Positions 1 through 10,414 of a stretch of DNA of 64,000 nucleotides are shown here, one piece after another (within the stretch, counting starts at the first letter, position 1; every line of letters begins with the position of its first letter). Both the position numbers and the translations under genes were made by a program. The notes beneath the pieces were generated by a model that saw only the letters and a program-made list of their open reading frames with translations, was not told where the DNA came from and did no database searches. This stretch comes from an uncultured bacterium. GTDB lineage: Bacteria; Verrucomicrobiota; Verrucomicrobiia; Limisphaerales; UBA8199. The stretch spans positions 576,001 through 640,000 of the forward strand of contig CAVVMW010000006.1 of NCBI GenBank assembly GCA_963749495.1, read 5' to 3'.

Positions 1-141
1 TCATCGAAACGCGTGTCCTCGGCTGCCCATCGAGCCGCGCTGGCTCTCCCGGCCTCTTCACCACGTGCGGATAGGTCAATTCCACAGGCACACAGCAAGA
101 ATCGCAGTTCAGGCTCGGGCCGTCAATAGTGCGGATGACTC

Positions 142-1602
142 TCAGGCTCCCCCGCTCGGGGCGCCCCGCGGTTCCGCCGGCAGGCGCACGGTGAATTCCG
201 AGCCTTCGTTGACCTTGCTGGACACGGAGACCTCTCCGCCGTGGGCCTGCACCACGGCCTTGACCAGGCTCAGGCCCAGGCCCAGGCCCCGTTGCGAGCG
301 GCTCTTGTCGCCGCGGTAAAGCCGCAGCCAGATCTTGTCCTGCTCCGGAGCGGGGATGCCGATGCCGGTGTCGCGGAAGGCCGCCACGGCCGCGCCCGCC
401 TGCTCGCGCACGGAGAGGGTCACCCGGCCCCCCTCGGGCGTGTACTTGATCGCGTTGTCGAGCAGGTTGGCAAAGACCTGGCGCACGCGGATGCGATCCA
501 CCGAGGCGAGCACGGGCAGGGGTGTCGAGCCGTTGGACGGCAGGCCCTGGGGCAACTCGGCGCGCACGGCGACTTTCTTTTCCTCGGCCACGTATTGGTA
601 GAGTTCGATGACCTCGCGCGCGACCTGGCAGAGGTCCACCGGTTCGCGGTGAAGTTTCATCATCCCCGCCTCGGCCTCGGTGATGTCCATGAGGGTGTTG
701 AGCATGCTCAGGAGGCGGTCGGATTCCTCGACGCAGTCGGCCAGGGCCTCGCGCGCCGCGGCCGGTTCGGCGCCGGGGGCCAGGGCGACTTCGGCGGTGC
801 CGCGCAGGCGGGCCAGCGGGGTGCGCAGGTCGTGCGCCACGTTGTCCAGCGCCTCGCGCATCGCCCGGATGAGGGCCTCGTTCTTGTCCAGCAACCCGTT
901 GAAGAGCCGCACCAGCTCGTCCAGTTCATCCTCGCTGGCCTTGCGTACGGGCACCCGCGCGCTGAGCCGCCCGGTGCGGATGATCGAGCGGGCGGTGGCC
1001 ACGACCTGGCGGATCGGCTGCATCGCGCGGTGGGCGAAGAAGGCCCCCGCCAGGAAGCTCAACACCACGGTGACGGTGCCGACGACCAGGAAGCTGCGCC
1101 GGACCGGGTTGAGCAGGGCCTCGCGGCTGTTGGTGATCCGGCCGACCTGCAGGACGGAGCCGTCGCCCATTTGCCCGTAGGCGAGGGTGAAGTCGCGCTC
1201 CTCGTTCTGCGGGATGCGGATGACGCCCTGGCGCAGCAGCCCCGCCCAGCCCGGCACCTCTTTGAACGTCACCCAATCGGGGGGCGCGTTCAGGTAGGCG
1301 GTCATGCCGAAGGGGCTGATAAGCTGCACGAACAGGCTCTGGCGCGCCTCCGCCGGCTGGCGCTGCACCCACGTCCGCAGCGCCCCCAGCCCTCCGCCGT
1401 CATAGACCGTGGCGGCCTCTTTCCACCTGGCCTCGAGCAGCTCTTTGTCTTTGCTGCCCACCGCCGCCGCCAGCAGGTAATAGGCAAATGCGAACAGCGC
1501 CAGGCTGCTCAGCATGAAGAGAAACGCATACCACAGGCTCAGCCGCACCGCGATGGTCCGGCCCAAACCCATGAACCAAGCCCTAAGCCGGCCGAAGAAC
1601 AT
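142..1602 (-). CDS. Sensor histidine kinase (2 TM, HAMP, HisKA, HATPase), CusS/CzcS-like architecture
   Basis: H-box [12 protein letters not shown]-box [15 protein letters not shown] and GLGLGL boxes; overlaps the end of the upstream response regulator. Confidence 0.93.
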   Translation of the reverse strand: MFFGRLRAWFMGLGRTIAVRLSLWYAFLFMLSSLALFAFAYYLLAAAVGSKDKELLEARWKEAATVYDGGGLGALRTWVQRQPAEARQSLFVQLISPFGMTAYLNAPPDWVTFKEVPGWAGLLRQGVIRIPQNEERDFTLAYGQMGDGSVLQVGRITNSREALLNPVRRSFLVVGTVTVVLSFLAGAFFAHRAMQPIRQVVATARSIIRTGRLSARVPVRKASEDELDELVRLFNGLLDKNEALIRAMREALDNVAHDLRTPLARLRGTAEVALAPGAEPAAAREALADCVEESDRLLSMLNTLMDITEAEAGMMKLHREPVDLCQVAREVIELYQYVAEEKKVAVRAELPQGLPSNGSTPLPVLASVDRIRVRQVFANLLDNAIKYTPEGGRVTLSVREQAGAAVAAFRDTGIGIPAPEQDKIWLRLYRGDKSRSQRGLGLGLSLVKAVVQAHGGEVSVSSKVNEGSEFTVRLPAEPRGAPSGGA

Positions 1603-2250
1603 AACCGACTCCTCGGATGGTGTGGATCATCGCCTTGTCCCGGTCCACCTTGCTGCGCAGCCGGTGTACCAGCACGTCCACGACGTTGGTTTGCGGGTCG
1701 AAACTGTAGTCGAAGATGTGCTCGAGGATCATCGTCTTGCTGACCGGCCGGTTGGCCTGGCGCATCAGGTACTCCAGCAGGGCGAACTCCCGCGGCTGCA
1801 GCTCGATGGCCTCGTTCCCGCGCCGGACCTCGCGGGTGATCAGGTCCAGCGTGAGGTCCCCCACCGCCAGCCGGGTCGGCTCGGGGGCCTGGGTGGCGCG
1901 GCGAATCAGCGCCTGGATGCGCGCCAGCAACTCCGAAAAGGCAAACGGCTTGGTCAGGTAATCGTCCCCCCCGGCCTGCAGGCCCCGCACCCGGTCGTCC
2001 ACCGACGCCCGGGCGCTCAGGATGAGCACCGGCGTGCGCCCCCCGCGGCCCGAAACTGCTGCACCAGACCCAACCCATCGAGCTTGGGCAGCATCACGTC
2101 CACTACTGCCGCGTCGTAGGCGATGGCCTGCGCCCGCGCCAGCCCCTCCTCGCCGTCCGCAGCCAGATCCACCGCATAGCCGCTCTGTTTCAGGCCGTTC
2201 AGAACAAACGAGCCGATCTTCTTGTCATCCTCGACCACCAGTATGCGCAT
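1583..2250 (-). CDS. OmpR-family response regulator (CusR/CzcR-like), split by a frameshift near 2040
   Basis: MRILVVEDD...DVMLPKLDG in one frame joins LILSAR...[10 protein letters not shown]...HTIRGVGY in another; the break is at a C homopolymer. Confidence 0.9.
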
Positions 2251-2316
2251 CGCCGATCTCCAATTTGGCCGACCAGCCGGGAATTGGCAACGGAAGAATA
2301 CGGGGCGGGAACAGGC

Positions 2317-2503
2317 GGGGCGTGTCACAACACCGCGCCCGTAGCGCAGACTTCCAAGTCTGCTGTATCGCGGGTTTCCTAACCCGCAGGCGCCGCGATT
2401 TCTGGCGCCCTGCCGACTGGAAGTCGGCGATACAGCAGGTTTGGAAACCTGCGCTACAAACTACTGTGCCTCGCCAAATGGGGGCAGCGCCGGGATGCGC
2501 CCC
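2317..2503. repeat. Nested palindromic element: outer GGGGCG..CGCCCC shell holding a GTAG-type REP doublet (2341-2457)
   Basis: GTAGCGCAGACTTCCAAGTCTGC ... GCAGGTTTGGAAACCTGCGCTAC are inverted; shell ends resemble those at 18070, 30469 and 37567. Confidence 0.8.
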
Positions 2504-2548
2504 GTGGAAACGCTCGCCATGGGGCTGGACCTCTGCTATAACTCCAGT

Positions 2549-3004
2549 GTGACGACGATCCGCAGGCCTAAGCACGCAACTCCGCAGCGCTCGGTGTCCA
2601 CGGAAGATCACCTGGAGCGGATTCAGGAGTTGATCGAGCAAAAGGGCTATGCGCGCGTGGTGGACCTCGCATCGGCGCTCCGGCTGAGCACCTCGGCGGT
2701 ATCGAACATGGTGCGCAAGCTGGCCCGGCGCGGCTTTGTCAATTATGAGCGCTACCGCGGGTTCACGCTCACGCCGCAAGGGCGCCGGGTGGCGCAGCAG
2801 GTCAAGGCCCGCGACAAAGTGCTCACGGAGTTCCTGGAACTGGCCGGCCTGGGCGCGGAGACGGTGAGCCGCGAGGTCGAGGACATCGAGCACCACCTGA
2901 GGCCGGAGACGCTGGCTGTCTTTTCGCAGTTGGTGAGCTTTTGGCGGGCGCACCCCGACCAGCTCGATGCGTTCAAGCACTTCGCCCGCAAGGCCCGATC
3001 CTGA
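2549..3004 (+). CDS. mntR: DtxR/MntR-family metal-dependent repressor
   Basis: STEDHLERIQEL..KGYARVVDLA..STSAVSNMVRKL..VNYERYRG..VEDIEHH; GTG start 6 nt after TGcTATAAC. Confidence 0.85.
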   Translation: MTTIRRPKHATPQRSVSTEDHLERIQELIEQKGYARVVDLASALRLSTSAVSNMVRKLARRGFVNYERYRGFTLTPQGRRVAQQVKARDKVLTEFLELAGLGAETVSREVEDIEHHLRPETLAVFSQLVSFWRAHPDQLDAFKHFARKARS

Positions 3005-3061
3005 TTGGCACACTGCCCAGGCCGCGCTCCTATGGGTTTTCCCAATGTCGCGTGGGTGGGT

Positions 3062-5983
3062 TTAGTGAGCAATTCCGGGCCTGCTCTGGCGGCGCGGGCG
3101 GATGGGTTGGTAGTTTTCGTAACCTTTGCGCACGCCCTGAACGAGGTAGTCCAACCGCCCGCTCTTGCCCTGGGCCTCGCGCACCGTGAGTTGGCGGGGA
3201 TTGACCTGGGCCACATAGAGTTGGAGCCATTCCCCGCGAGGAGTCACTTGGACTGTCAGGCCATCCTCGGCGGTGACCATGGCGTAGGTCTGGGGCAGGC
3301 AAATGACGGCCTCGCCATTGACCAGGTTGGTCGAGCCGCGCGCGAAGGTAGCGGCCTCGGGACCTTCGATTGCGACGTAGCCGATCTCCTTGTCGGGGTC
3401 GGTCGGATGGGGAGCCACGAATAATTTGAGGCCGATAACTTCGAGTGCTCCGCTGATGTCCATGTTGCCTCCGATGTCCACGTCCCCATACACGTTCATG
3501 TTTTGGAGATAGCTCTTGCCGGAAACACCCAGATCCCCGCTCACGGAAAGCTTGTTTAGCGCCTGGACCACACTCGAGGTCCACTTCAGGGCCAGTTGAG
3601 GGCCATCGCCGCCCATGGTGCCGAGAGCCCCGCCTCCGTTGCCATAGAGCACCGGCCCGTCACCAGGCGCGTTAGTGCCGAAGGGCTTGGTGCTCCCGTA
3701 CCAACCGACGCCGTGGTTATGGTCGCCCGAGCCCCTGAAGTAAAGGTCCTGATCGCTGAGGCAGCCGCCTGCCTGAGGGCGCAACTGGCCATTGATAATC
3801 AGGTCCTGCCCAATGACCGCGCCGTTGGTGACGTAGAGTCCCTGCCCCACAGTGACCGCGCCACCAACGCTCAGCCCCTGCCAAAGTTGGGCCGGGCCAA
3901 GGACCCTGAGTTGTTGCGGGATCATAATCCCCGTCTGGTCCCAGTTCAGGGCGATTTGCGCAGGGGTGGCAATCCCCAATCCGCCCCCGTTCGCTCCATA
4001 GAGGACCGGACCATTGGGCCCAACATAGTCGCCAAACAACTTGCCCTGACCGTACCAGCCCAAACCGCAGGTGCGGTCATTGCCGCGCAGGAAAAGGTCA
4101 TACCCGTTTAAGAACGCGTTGGTGTCGATGACCAGGCCGCCTTGGGGGAGGTACGAGGTGTTGATGCCCACGCCGCCCGACGCATGGATGACGAACTGGT
4201 TGCTGCCCGTTGAATAAAACCGGGACTGATAGGGGCTTTGTCCATCACTCCACACGAAGCAGCCGTCGTTGGCGGCATTGGCGTTGATGCCCGCGGCGAA
4301 GCTATAGGCCCCTTGGGCGCTGTTCAGCGCACCGCCCGCCGCCGTCGCCGCGTAGCCGCTCGCAGCGTTATACTTGCCGCCAAGAACGGCCGAGACAGGA
4401 CCACTGGCTGAGTTGCCGCAGTTTTGGTTGCCGTCAAAGCCGCCGCCGCCGATGAACGCCCCCGGCCCGAGGGCCTGGTTGTAGCTCCCACCAGCGACAG
4501 CAGAATCGGCGCCGTAGGCCCAATTGGACTCGCCGCCGCCAACGGTGGCGCCACGATTGGTGGCGCTGTTTCCAAACCCCCCCGCAACCGTAGCGCCATC
4601 CCCCAACGCCAGATTGGGACTAATGCCCAATGCGCTGCCACCGCCGCCGACAACGGAGCCCGCGCCTGTGGCCTGGTTGGCGATGCCGCCGGCAACCGTT
4701 GCGTCCTTGCCGCCGGCCACGTTGTTGAGGCCGCCACCCACCGCCGCGCCATGGCTGGAGGCGACGTTCTGCAAGCCTCCGGCGACCACCGAGGCAACGT
4801 CGCTGGCAGTGTTGCCAGTGCCGCCACCCACGGTGGCGTAGAACGCGATGGCCATGTTGCCGAGGCCGCCGCCCACCGTGGCATAATAATCGGCTGTGTT
4901 GTTTGCCCCGCCGCCGATGGTGGCGTGATCGTTCGTGGCGCTATTGGAAGAGCCGCCTCCAATTGTGGCGTACGGCGAGGTGGCACTGTTCAACCCACCC
5001 CCGCCAATGAATGCCGAGCCGCCCCCGGCCACGTTGCCCTGCCCACCGCCGATAAACGCCAGGCCGGCGCTGATCACGTTGCTCTGTCCCCCGCCCACCG
5101 CCGCATAGGAACCCGCGGCAGAGTTCCCCTCGCCGCCACTCACAGTCGCCAGCATCGACAGGGCGCTGTTGTCCCGGCCCCCGGCCAGCGTCGTCCACGG
5201 GCCGCCCAGCACGTTGTTCGTCCCGACATTGAGCCTCTGGCCCTGGACATCCGCACCCGGGGACACCGCCAAGGCCACTCCAGAGGTGCTCGCAAACCCG
5301 GCGTTCAGGCCGCTGATGGCATAACCGACCGCCCCTATCCGCTGATCCGGAGCCATCTGTTGGAACGAGAAGTAATCGTCCGTGACGCAGAACCAGACCC
5401 GCAGCCGCACGTCGTTATTGGTGAATACCTCCGGCGGCAGCGGGGGCATGTTGGGGACATTCGTGTCGCCCAGCAACACGCAAAAGAGGCCGTTGTCCAG
5501 CGGCAGGGCGATCGAGGACGCGGGCATGCCGGAGTTGCGATCGTTGGACCAGAAGGTCTGGAAGACCATATTCGGGGGTGGCGCCGCCACGGTAATGGTC
5601 GGACGGGATGAATAATGGCTGCCGGGAGTATTGACTGTAATGCTCACCACTGCCCCGCCGGCAATCACGGCGGTGGCCACGGCGTTGGAACCAGACGGGT
5701 CCGCGATCGTGACGGCGGGCGGGCTGGAGTAACCGCCGCCCCCCGAGGTCACCGTGAAGCCGGTAATGAACCCGTTGTTCACGGCAGCCGTGGCCGTGGC
5801 CTGATTGGCCGTATTGGAGCCACCGTCCACCATGGCGAACTTGAAGTAGCCGGTGCCATCGACGTTCGTCCCGTTGGCGGTGACACGGCCCTGGTAGCTG
5901 AGGATGGACGGAAACTGAGCCGAAGCCAGGAGCACCGGGCCCAGGCCGAGAGACACAATGAGTGCGGTTGTGGACTGTTTCAT
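3062..5983 (-). CDS. Large secreted fibre-like protein with Gly-rich (ATVGGG..N.A) repeats and a phage tail-fibre-like C-terminus
   Basis: Signal peptide MKQSTTALIVSLGLGPVLLASAQ, SYQGRV N-terminal motif, many ~14-residue GGG/N repeats, C-terminal HP..IEGPE..RG..L.NG..LP motif. Confidence 0.7.
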   Translation of the reverse strand: MKQSTTALIVSLGLGPVLLASAQFPSILSYQGRVTANGTNVDGTGYFKFAMVDGGSNTANQATATAAVNNGFITGFTVTSGGGGYSSPPAVTIADPSGSNAVATAVIAGGAVVSITVNTPGSHYSSRPTITVAAPPPNMVFQTFWSNDRNSGMPASSIALPLDNGLFCVLLGDTNVPNMPPLPPEVFTNNDVRLRVWFCVTDDYFSFQQMAPDQRIGAVGYAISGLNAGFASTSGVALAVSPGADVQGQRLNVGTNNVLGGPWTTLAGGRDNSALSMLATVSGGEGNSAAGSYAAVGGGQSNVISAGLAFIGGGQGNVAGGGSAFIGGGGLNSATSPYATIGGGSSNSATNDHATIGGGANNTADYYATVGGGLGNMAIAFYATVGGGTGNTASDVASVVAGGLQNVASSHGAAVGGGLNNVAGGKDATVAGGIANQATGAGSVVGGGGSALGISPNLALGDGATVAGGFGNSATNRGATVGGGESNWAYGADSAVAGGSYNQALGPGAFIGGGGFDGNQNCGNSASGPVSAVLGGKYNAASGYAATAAGGALNSAQGAYSFAAGINANAANDGCFVWSDGQSPYQSRFYSTGSNQFVIHASGGVGINTSYLPQGGLVIDTNAFLNGYDLFLRGNDRTCGLGWYGQGKLFGDYVGPNGPVLYGANGGGLGIATPAQIALNWDQTGIMIPQQLRVLGPAQLWQGLSVGGAVTVGQGLYVTNGAVIGQDLIINGQLRPQAGGCLSDQDLYFRGSGDHNHGVGWYGSTKPFGTNAPGDGPVLYGNGGGALGTMGGDGPQLALKWTSSVVQALNKLSVSGDLGVSGKSYLQNMNVYGDVDIGGNMDISGALEVIGLKLFVAPHPTDPDKEIGYVAIEGPEAATFARGSTNLVNGEAVICLPQTYAMVTAEDGLTVQVTPRGEWLQLYVAQVNPRQLTVREAQGKSGRLDYLVQGVRKGYENYQPIRPRRQSRPGIAH

Positions 5984-6235
5984 GATGCGCGCGGGGTGAG
6001 TGATTGCGGTTTTCTTTGAAGGTTGAGGAGAGCAGCCAGAAAAGGCCGCGTGACCCAGGGGCAAGCTGCGGCCGTGTGGCGCCAACGGTTCACGTAAAGT
6101 ACCGTAATCGGGCGGCAAACGACGCGTCAAGCCAAATTATCCTGCTGATTTTGAGGTTTTGAGGTGGCATTGTCCGCGCTTTTGGGTTAAGCATAGAGCG
6201 AATGACGGGCGATCTTAGTCAGGTGACCTCCGCAA

Positions 6236-6784
6236 ATGCACCTCATCACGGCATTTCTTTTGGCAAGTTTGTTGGGCAGAAAAAGGCCAGGTAGTCCGCG
6301 CCGACTGCCCAGCTTTCCGGGCGTAATCGAAACGGCGCACCTGATGCCTGGGCGGGTCCGGTTTCGCGCGCCCCGCCTGGTCGGGAGGCAGCACGAGGGA
6401 GAGGAATTGAAGAGGCGGCTGGCACATCTCAACGGGGTCAAAGAGGTGGAGGTGAGCAGCATTTCCGGCAGCGTCTGCCTGAGATTTGCCGAGGATCGTC
6501 TCAAGCCGGAGCTGCTGCTGGCGGCCATTATCCGCCTGCTCGGGCTGGAGCGACAGCTCGAGCGCGCGCCCCGTTCGTGGGTCGCCCGCGAACTCCAGGA
6601 AACCGGGGATGCCTTGAACCGGGCCCTGTACGAACGGACTGGCGGCGTGATCGATTTCTATACCGCCATGCCACTGCTGCTGGCCGTCCTGGGCGTCCGC
6701 AATATCGTCGCCGGGAGGGTTTTCGGCTGGCCGCTCCTGTGGTGGGCCTATCGCGAGGTCTTCCCGCCCGTGTGGAAAGACTGA
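6236..6784 (+). CDS. HMA2-like domain membrane protein (FezC-like accessory)
   Basis: HLMPGRVRFR motif, GVKEVEVSSISGSV, hydrophobic C-terminus; first gene of the ATPase operon. Confidence 0.7.
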   Translation: MHLITAFLLASLLGRKRPGSPRRLPSFPGVIETAHLMPGRVRFRAPRLVGRQHEGEELKRRLAHLNGVKEVEVSSISGSVCLRFAEDRLKPELLLAAIIRLLGLERQLERAPRSWVARELQETGDALNRALYERTGGVIDFYTAMPLLLAVLGVRNIVAGRVFGWPLLWWAYREVFPPVWKD

Positions 6785-6824
6785 TGAAAGGGAAACCTTG
6801 GTTGGGCTGGCTGCTGCGTCGAAG

Positions 6825-6893
6825 CGTGAAGCGTGAAACGTGAAACGTGAATGTGAACCGTGAACCCTGAACCCTGAACCGTGAACCGTGAAA
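6825..6893. repeat. Degenerate heptamer tandem array (CGTGAAA/CGTGAAC)
   Basis: About ten units between two operon genes. Confidence 0.85.
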
Positions 6894-6901
6894 CCTCATT
6901 G

Positions 6902-7315
6902 ATGTGTTCGGTCGGTGCGTGGGTGCTGCGTCCTCGGGTGGTCCATCGGCTGCCCGGGCGCTTGAGGCTGCGCATCCCGGCGCTGAAACGATTGGCGCAG
7001 GGACCGCACCCGGCCGCCTTTTCCTGGCGCGATTTGCGGATTGGCCCAAACCGAATCCCGGAGATCGAGGTGGACCTTGCGACGGGGAGTGTGCTCATCC
7101 GGTATCCGGAAGACGAGTTGACCGAAGCCGAGTTGTTGGGCTTTTTGCAGGCAGTCAGCCGCCTGGTGCTCCGGCACTGGAATCAATTCAGGGCCCTGCC
7201 CACGGAGCATCGGGTGGAGGCGCTCAAGCGATTGGCGCAGGAGGTGGGCCTGGCGACGCGCTCGCGCCTGGCGCTGAACGAGGACATCGAGATTCCCGAT
7301 CATGTTTGGTCTTAA
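6902..7315 (+). CDS. Soluble HMA2-like domain protein
   Basis: VVHRLPGRLRLRIP..ATGSVLIRY; overlaps the ATPase start; start codon uncertain. Confidence 0.7.
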   Translation: MCSVGAWVLRPRVVHRLPGRLRLRIPALKRLAQGPHPAAFSWRDLRIGPNRIPEIEVDLATGSVLIRYPEDELTEAELLGFLQAVSRLVLRHWNQFRALPTEHRVEALKRLAQEVGLATRSRLALNEDIEIPDHVWS

Positions 7316-9500
7316 ACAGGACAAGCACCGGACCTGCCGAATCCTGCACGACTTGCCGGGGCGAGTGCGGATTCATTGTCCGGGCTTGCGGCATCTGGCG
7401 GACAAAGCGGAAGAAATCCGCTCGCAGTTGCGCGCCCTGCCTGTGGTCCGCTCGGTGAGCCTGAGCGCCGTTTCGGAAAACGTGCTGGTCCGGTACGACC
7501 CGGCGAGGACCTCCACTCGAATGGTGTTCGACGCCGTCCAGTCCCGCATGAGAGACCACGCGTTGACGGTGTTCAAAGTGGAGCGCGCGCAGGCCGCGCA
7601 GTCCACGGTGCAGGAACGCCGGCTGCAGCAGGAGTCCATCCCGGAAATCCTGGCCCGAGTTGTGGCCAGCGCCGCCACCTTGACGTTCAGCGCCTTCTCC
7701 GCACCGAAGCCGCCCGCAACATTTTTCAGCCGGTTCCTGACACTGCCCGCGCTGACGAGCATGTCCCTGGCCTGGCCCATCTTGAGCAGCGGCTGGCTTT
7801 CACTCGTCCGAAGCGGCCGGCCCAACGCCGATACGCTCAGTTCGACCGCGATCCTTTCCAGCCTGCTGACCGGCCGGGACCGGGCTGCCTTGACTATCAT
7901 AGGCCTCGCCGACCTGGCCGAGTTGCTCACCGCCTATACTATGGAGCGCACGCGCCGGGCGATTCGCAACATGCTCTCCACGGGCGAGGATTTAGTGTGG
8001 CGGTTGGAGGCGGATGGCCGCGAGACGCGCATTCCCATCGAGGAGGTGCGAGTCCGTGACTCTGTCGTGGTAAAAACCGGCGAGAAGATCAGCGTGGACG
8101 GCGTCGTGCAGGGAGGCGAGGCGGCCGTGGATCAAGCTTCCATCACGGGTGAGTTCATGCCGATGCGCAAACAACCGGGCGACCGCGTGTTTGCGGGAAC
8201 AGTCGTCAAGGCGGGGCGCCTGACGATCCGGGCTGAACAGGTCGGTGACCAGACGGCAGTGGCCCGCATCGTTCACCTGGTCGAGGAGGCAACCGGCCAC
8301 AAAGCCCACATTCAGGCCTTTGCCGATCGCTTTTCCGCGCGGTTCATCCCGGTCAACTTTGGCCTTTCCGGGCTGGTCTATGCCGTGACCCACAACGCGG
8401 AGCGCGCCCTGAACATGCTGATTATTGACTACTCGTGCGGGGTGCGGCTCTCGACGGCCACGGCGCTGTCCGCCGCCATCGCCACGGCCGCCCGCAATGG
8501 CGTGCTCATCAAAGGGAGCAATTACCTGGAGGCCTTGGCAGAGGCCGATACAATCGTCCTGGACAAAACGGGCACCGTCACCGAAGGCCGTCCGCAGGTG
8601 ACCTCGGTCTGCTCCCTTACGGCCGGGGTCGGCGAGCGCCAAATCCTGGAGCTGGCCGCCGCGGCGGAAGAAACCTCCACCCATCCCGTCGCCATCGCCT
8701 TTGTGGACAAGGCCCGCCGCAGCGGCTGGCCGATCCCGGCGCACGGGCCCACCCAGGTCTTTGTCGGGCGCGGCGTGCAAACGACCGTGTCGGGCAGCGC
8801 GGTCAGCGTCGGCAGCCTGCCTTTCATGCGAGAGCGCGGCATTGATCTGGCCCGCGCGCAGGAGGCCACTCAACGCCTGGTCCACCGCGGCGAGCAAATC
8901 GTCTATGTGGCGCGCGGCGGCCAACTGCTTGGCCTGGTGGGAATCCAGGATACCTTGCGGGAGGACATGAAGAAGTCACTCAATCGCCTGCGCGCCCTGG
9001 GCATGGACGATGTCATTCTGCTCACCGGTGACATCCGGCAACACGCGGAGTTGGTGGCGTCGCGCATGGCCATGGACCGGTATCATGCGGAGGTGCTGCC
9101 CGAGGAAAAGTCCGATGTGGTGCTTCGCCTGCAGCAGAAAGGCCCGCGCGTGGTGATGGTGGGCGACGGCATCAACGACGCTCCCGCCCTGGCCTGCGCG
9201 GACGTGGGCATCGCCATGGGGTCCAGCCGGACGGATATTGCCATGGAAGCCGCAGACATTACCATTGCCAGCGATGACCCGCTGATGATCCCGAGCGTCA
9301 TTCGCCTTTCGCAAAAGACGATGGGCATCGTGAAGCAGAATTTCGCGACAGCCATCGGCGTGAATACCACGGCGCTGGTGCTGGCCGCCCTGGGCAAGGT
9401 GCCGGTGGTTTGGGGCGCGGCCATCCACAACGCCACGACGGTCGCGGTCGTGTTGAATTCACTGCGGCTGCTGATGCACGACATGGAGCGAAGCCGATGA
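7302..9500 (+). CDS. Heavy-metal P1B-type ATPase with DYSC/HNxxT motifs (P1B-6, FezB-like)
   Basis: TGE, DKTGT, HP and GDGINDAP motifs; IIDYSCG replaces CPC; IHNATT in the last TM region; N-terminal HDLPGRVRI. Confidence 0.88.
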   Translation: MFGLKQDKHRTCRILHDLPGRVRIHCPGLRHLADKAEEIRSQLRALPVVRSVSLSAVSENVLVRYDPARTSTRMVFDAVQSRMRDHALTVFKVERAQAAQSTVQERRLQQESIPEILARVVASAATLTFSAFSAPKPPATFFSRFLTLPALTSMSLAWPILSSGWLSLVRSGRPNADTLSSTAILSSLLTGRDRAALTIIGLADLAELLTAYTMERTRRAIRNMLSTGEDLVWRLEADGRETRIPIEEVRVRDSVVVKTGEKISVDGVVQGGEAAVDQASITGEFMPMRKQPGDRVFAGTVVKAGRLTIRAEQVGDQTAVARIVHLVEEATGHKAHIQAFADRFSARFIPVNFGLSGLVYAVTHNAERALNMLIIDYSCGVRLSTATALSAAIATAARNGVLIKGSNYLEALAEADTIVLDKTGTVTEGRPQVTSVCSLTAGVGERQILELAAAAEETSTHPVAIAFVDKARRSGWPIPAHGPTQVFVGRGVQTTVSGSAVSVGSLPFMRERGIDLARAQEATQRLVHRGEQIVYVARGGQLLGLVGIQDTLREDMKKSLNRLRALGMDDVILLTGDIRQHAELVASRMAMDRYHAEVLPEEKSDVVLRLQQKGPRVVMVGDGINDAPALACADVGIAMGSSRTDIAMEAADITIASDDPLMIPSVIRLSQKTMGIVKQNFATAIGVNTTALVLAALGKVPVVWGAAIHNATTVAVVLNSLRLLMHDMERSR

Positions 9501-10399
9501 ACACCCCAGGAACTCCAACCGTGGCGATTGAACACGAACTGCCCGGCCGCTTGCGGGTGAGGCTCTCCCACGCCCTCAAGGACCTGCCTCAATTGGACCG
9601 GATGCTCCAGGAACACCCAGGGGTGGGCCAAGTCCAATACACTCCCATGACCTCTTCCCTGCTGGTCCGCTACGATCCCCAGGAGGTCTCGGCGGAGGAG
9701 ATTGTGGTGCGCGCGGCGATCGCGCTCTCGTTGGAACAGAATGTGGCGGTCCGCGTCCTGTCCCGCCCCCGAGCGCGCGAGGTGACGGACACTGGGTTTT
9801 ACGCCGGGGTGAGTTTGCTCGCCGCGCTGGCGGCCCGCGTCCTCCGTCCGTATCGGGTCTTCGTCCCCGCCGTCAACTGGGTCGCCAGCCTGGCCACCGC
9901 GGGCGCGGTCCTGGAGCACGGCTGGCTGGAGTACCGCCGCAAGGGCAACTTCGATCCGGAGGTGCTGATGGTTACCTATCTGTTGACCGCGCTGCTGCGC
10001 GGCAATGCCCTGCCCGCCGCCCTGTTCACCTGGATTGCGACCTTTGGGCGGCACCTGGCGCGCTTGCCCGCTCCGGGCGTCGAGGTCCGTCCCAGTGAGA
10101 TTGGCCGCAAAGGCAGGCAGCGGCAGGTCGAGGTCGTCGTTGTTCCGGACCGCGCCCCGCAGGACAAGATGGCTTTTTTTGGCTTGATACCGTCGATGGT
10201 GATGAATGCGTTGACGGGGACCGGTCCCGGACCGCATGCCAGCCTCATCGATGACATCAAGCGAGTAGCGCAAGTACACAACCAGGTGCTGGAAGGGATT
10301 GGGGGCTTCGCCCAGGGCATCCCGTTGCGCATCCGTTACACCGAGACCGGCCGGCGTTCCCTCCCCAACGCCGAGCGGCTCACTGGAGGGGGAGGTTAG
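9497..10399 (+). CDS. HMA2-like domain membrane protein (FezC-like)
   Basis: ATGA overlap with the ATPase; HELPGRLRVR..TSSLLVRY followed by hydrophobic segments. Confidence 0.7.
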   Translation: MNTPGTPTVAIEHELPGRLRVRLSHALKDLPQLDRMLQEHPGVGQVQYTPMTSSLLVRYDPQEVSAEEIVVRAAIALSLEQNVAVRVLSRPRAREVTDTGFYAGVSLLAALAARVLRPYRVFVPAVNWVASLATAGAVLEHGWLEYRRKGNFDPEVLMVTYLLTALLRGNALPAALFTWIATFGRHLARLPAPGVEVRPSEIGRKGRQRQVEVVVVPDRAPQDKMAFFGLIPSMVMNALTGTGPGPHASLIDDIKRVAQVHNQVLEGIGGFAQGIPLRIRYTETGRRSLPNAERLTGGGG

Positions 10400-10414
10400 A
10401 GAGGACTGCAGATT

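Noticed and set aside
3062..5983. Prophage
   Set aside because: A single fibre-like gene with a signal peptide and no capsid, terminase or integrase genes.
6130..6235. DtxR or Fur box upstream of the fez-like operon
   Set aside because: Only weak partial symmetry and no convincing palindrome.
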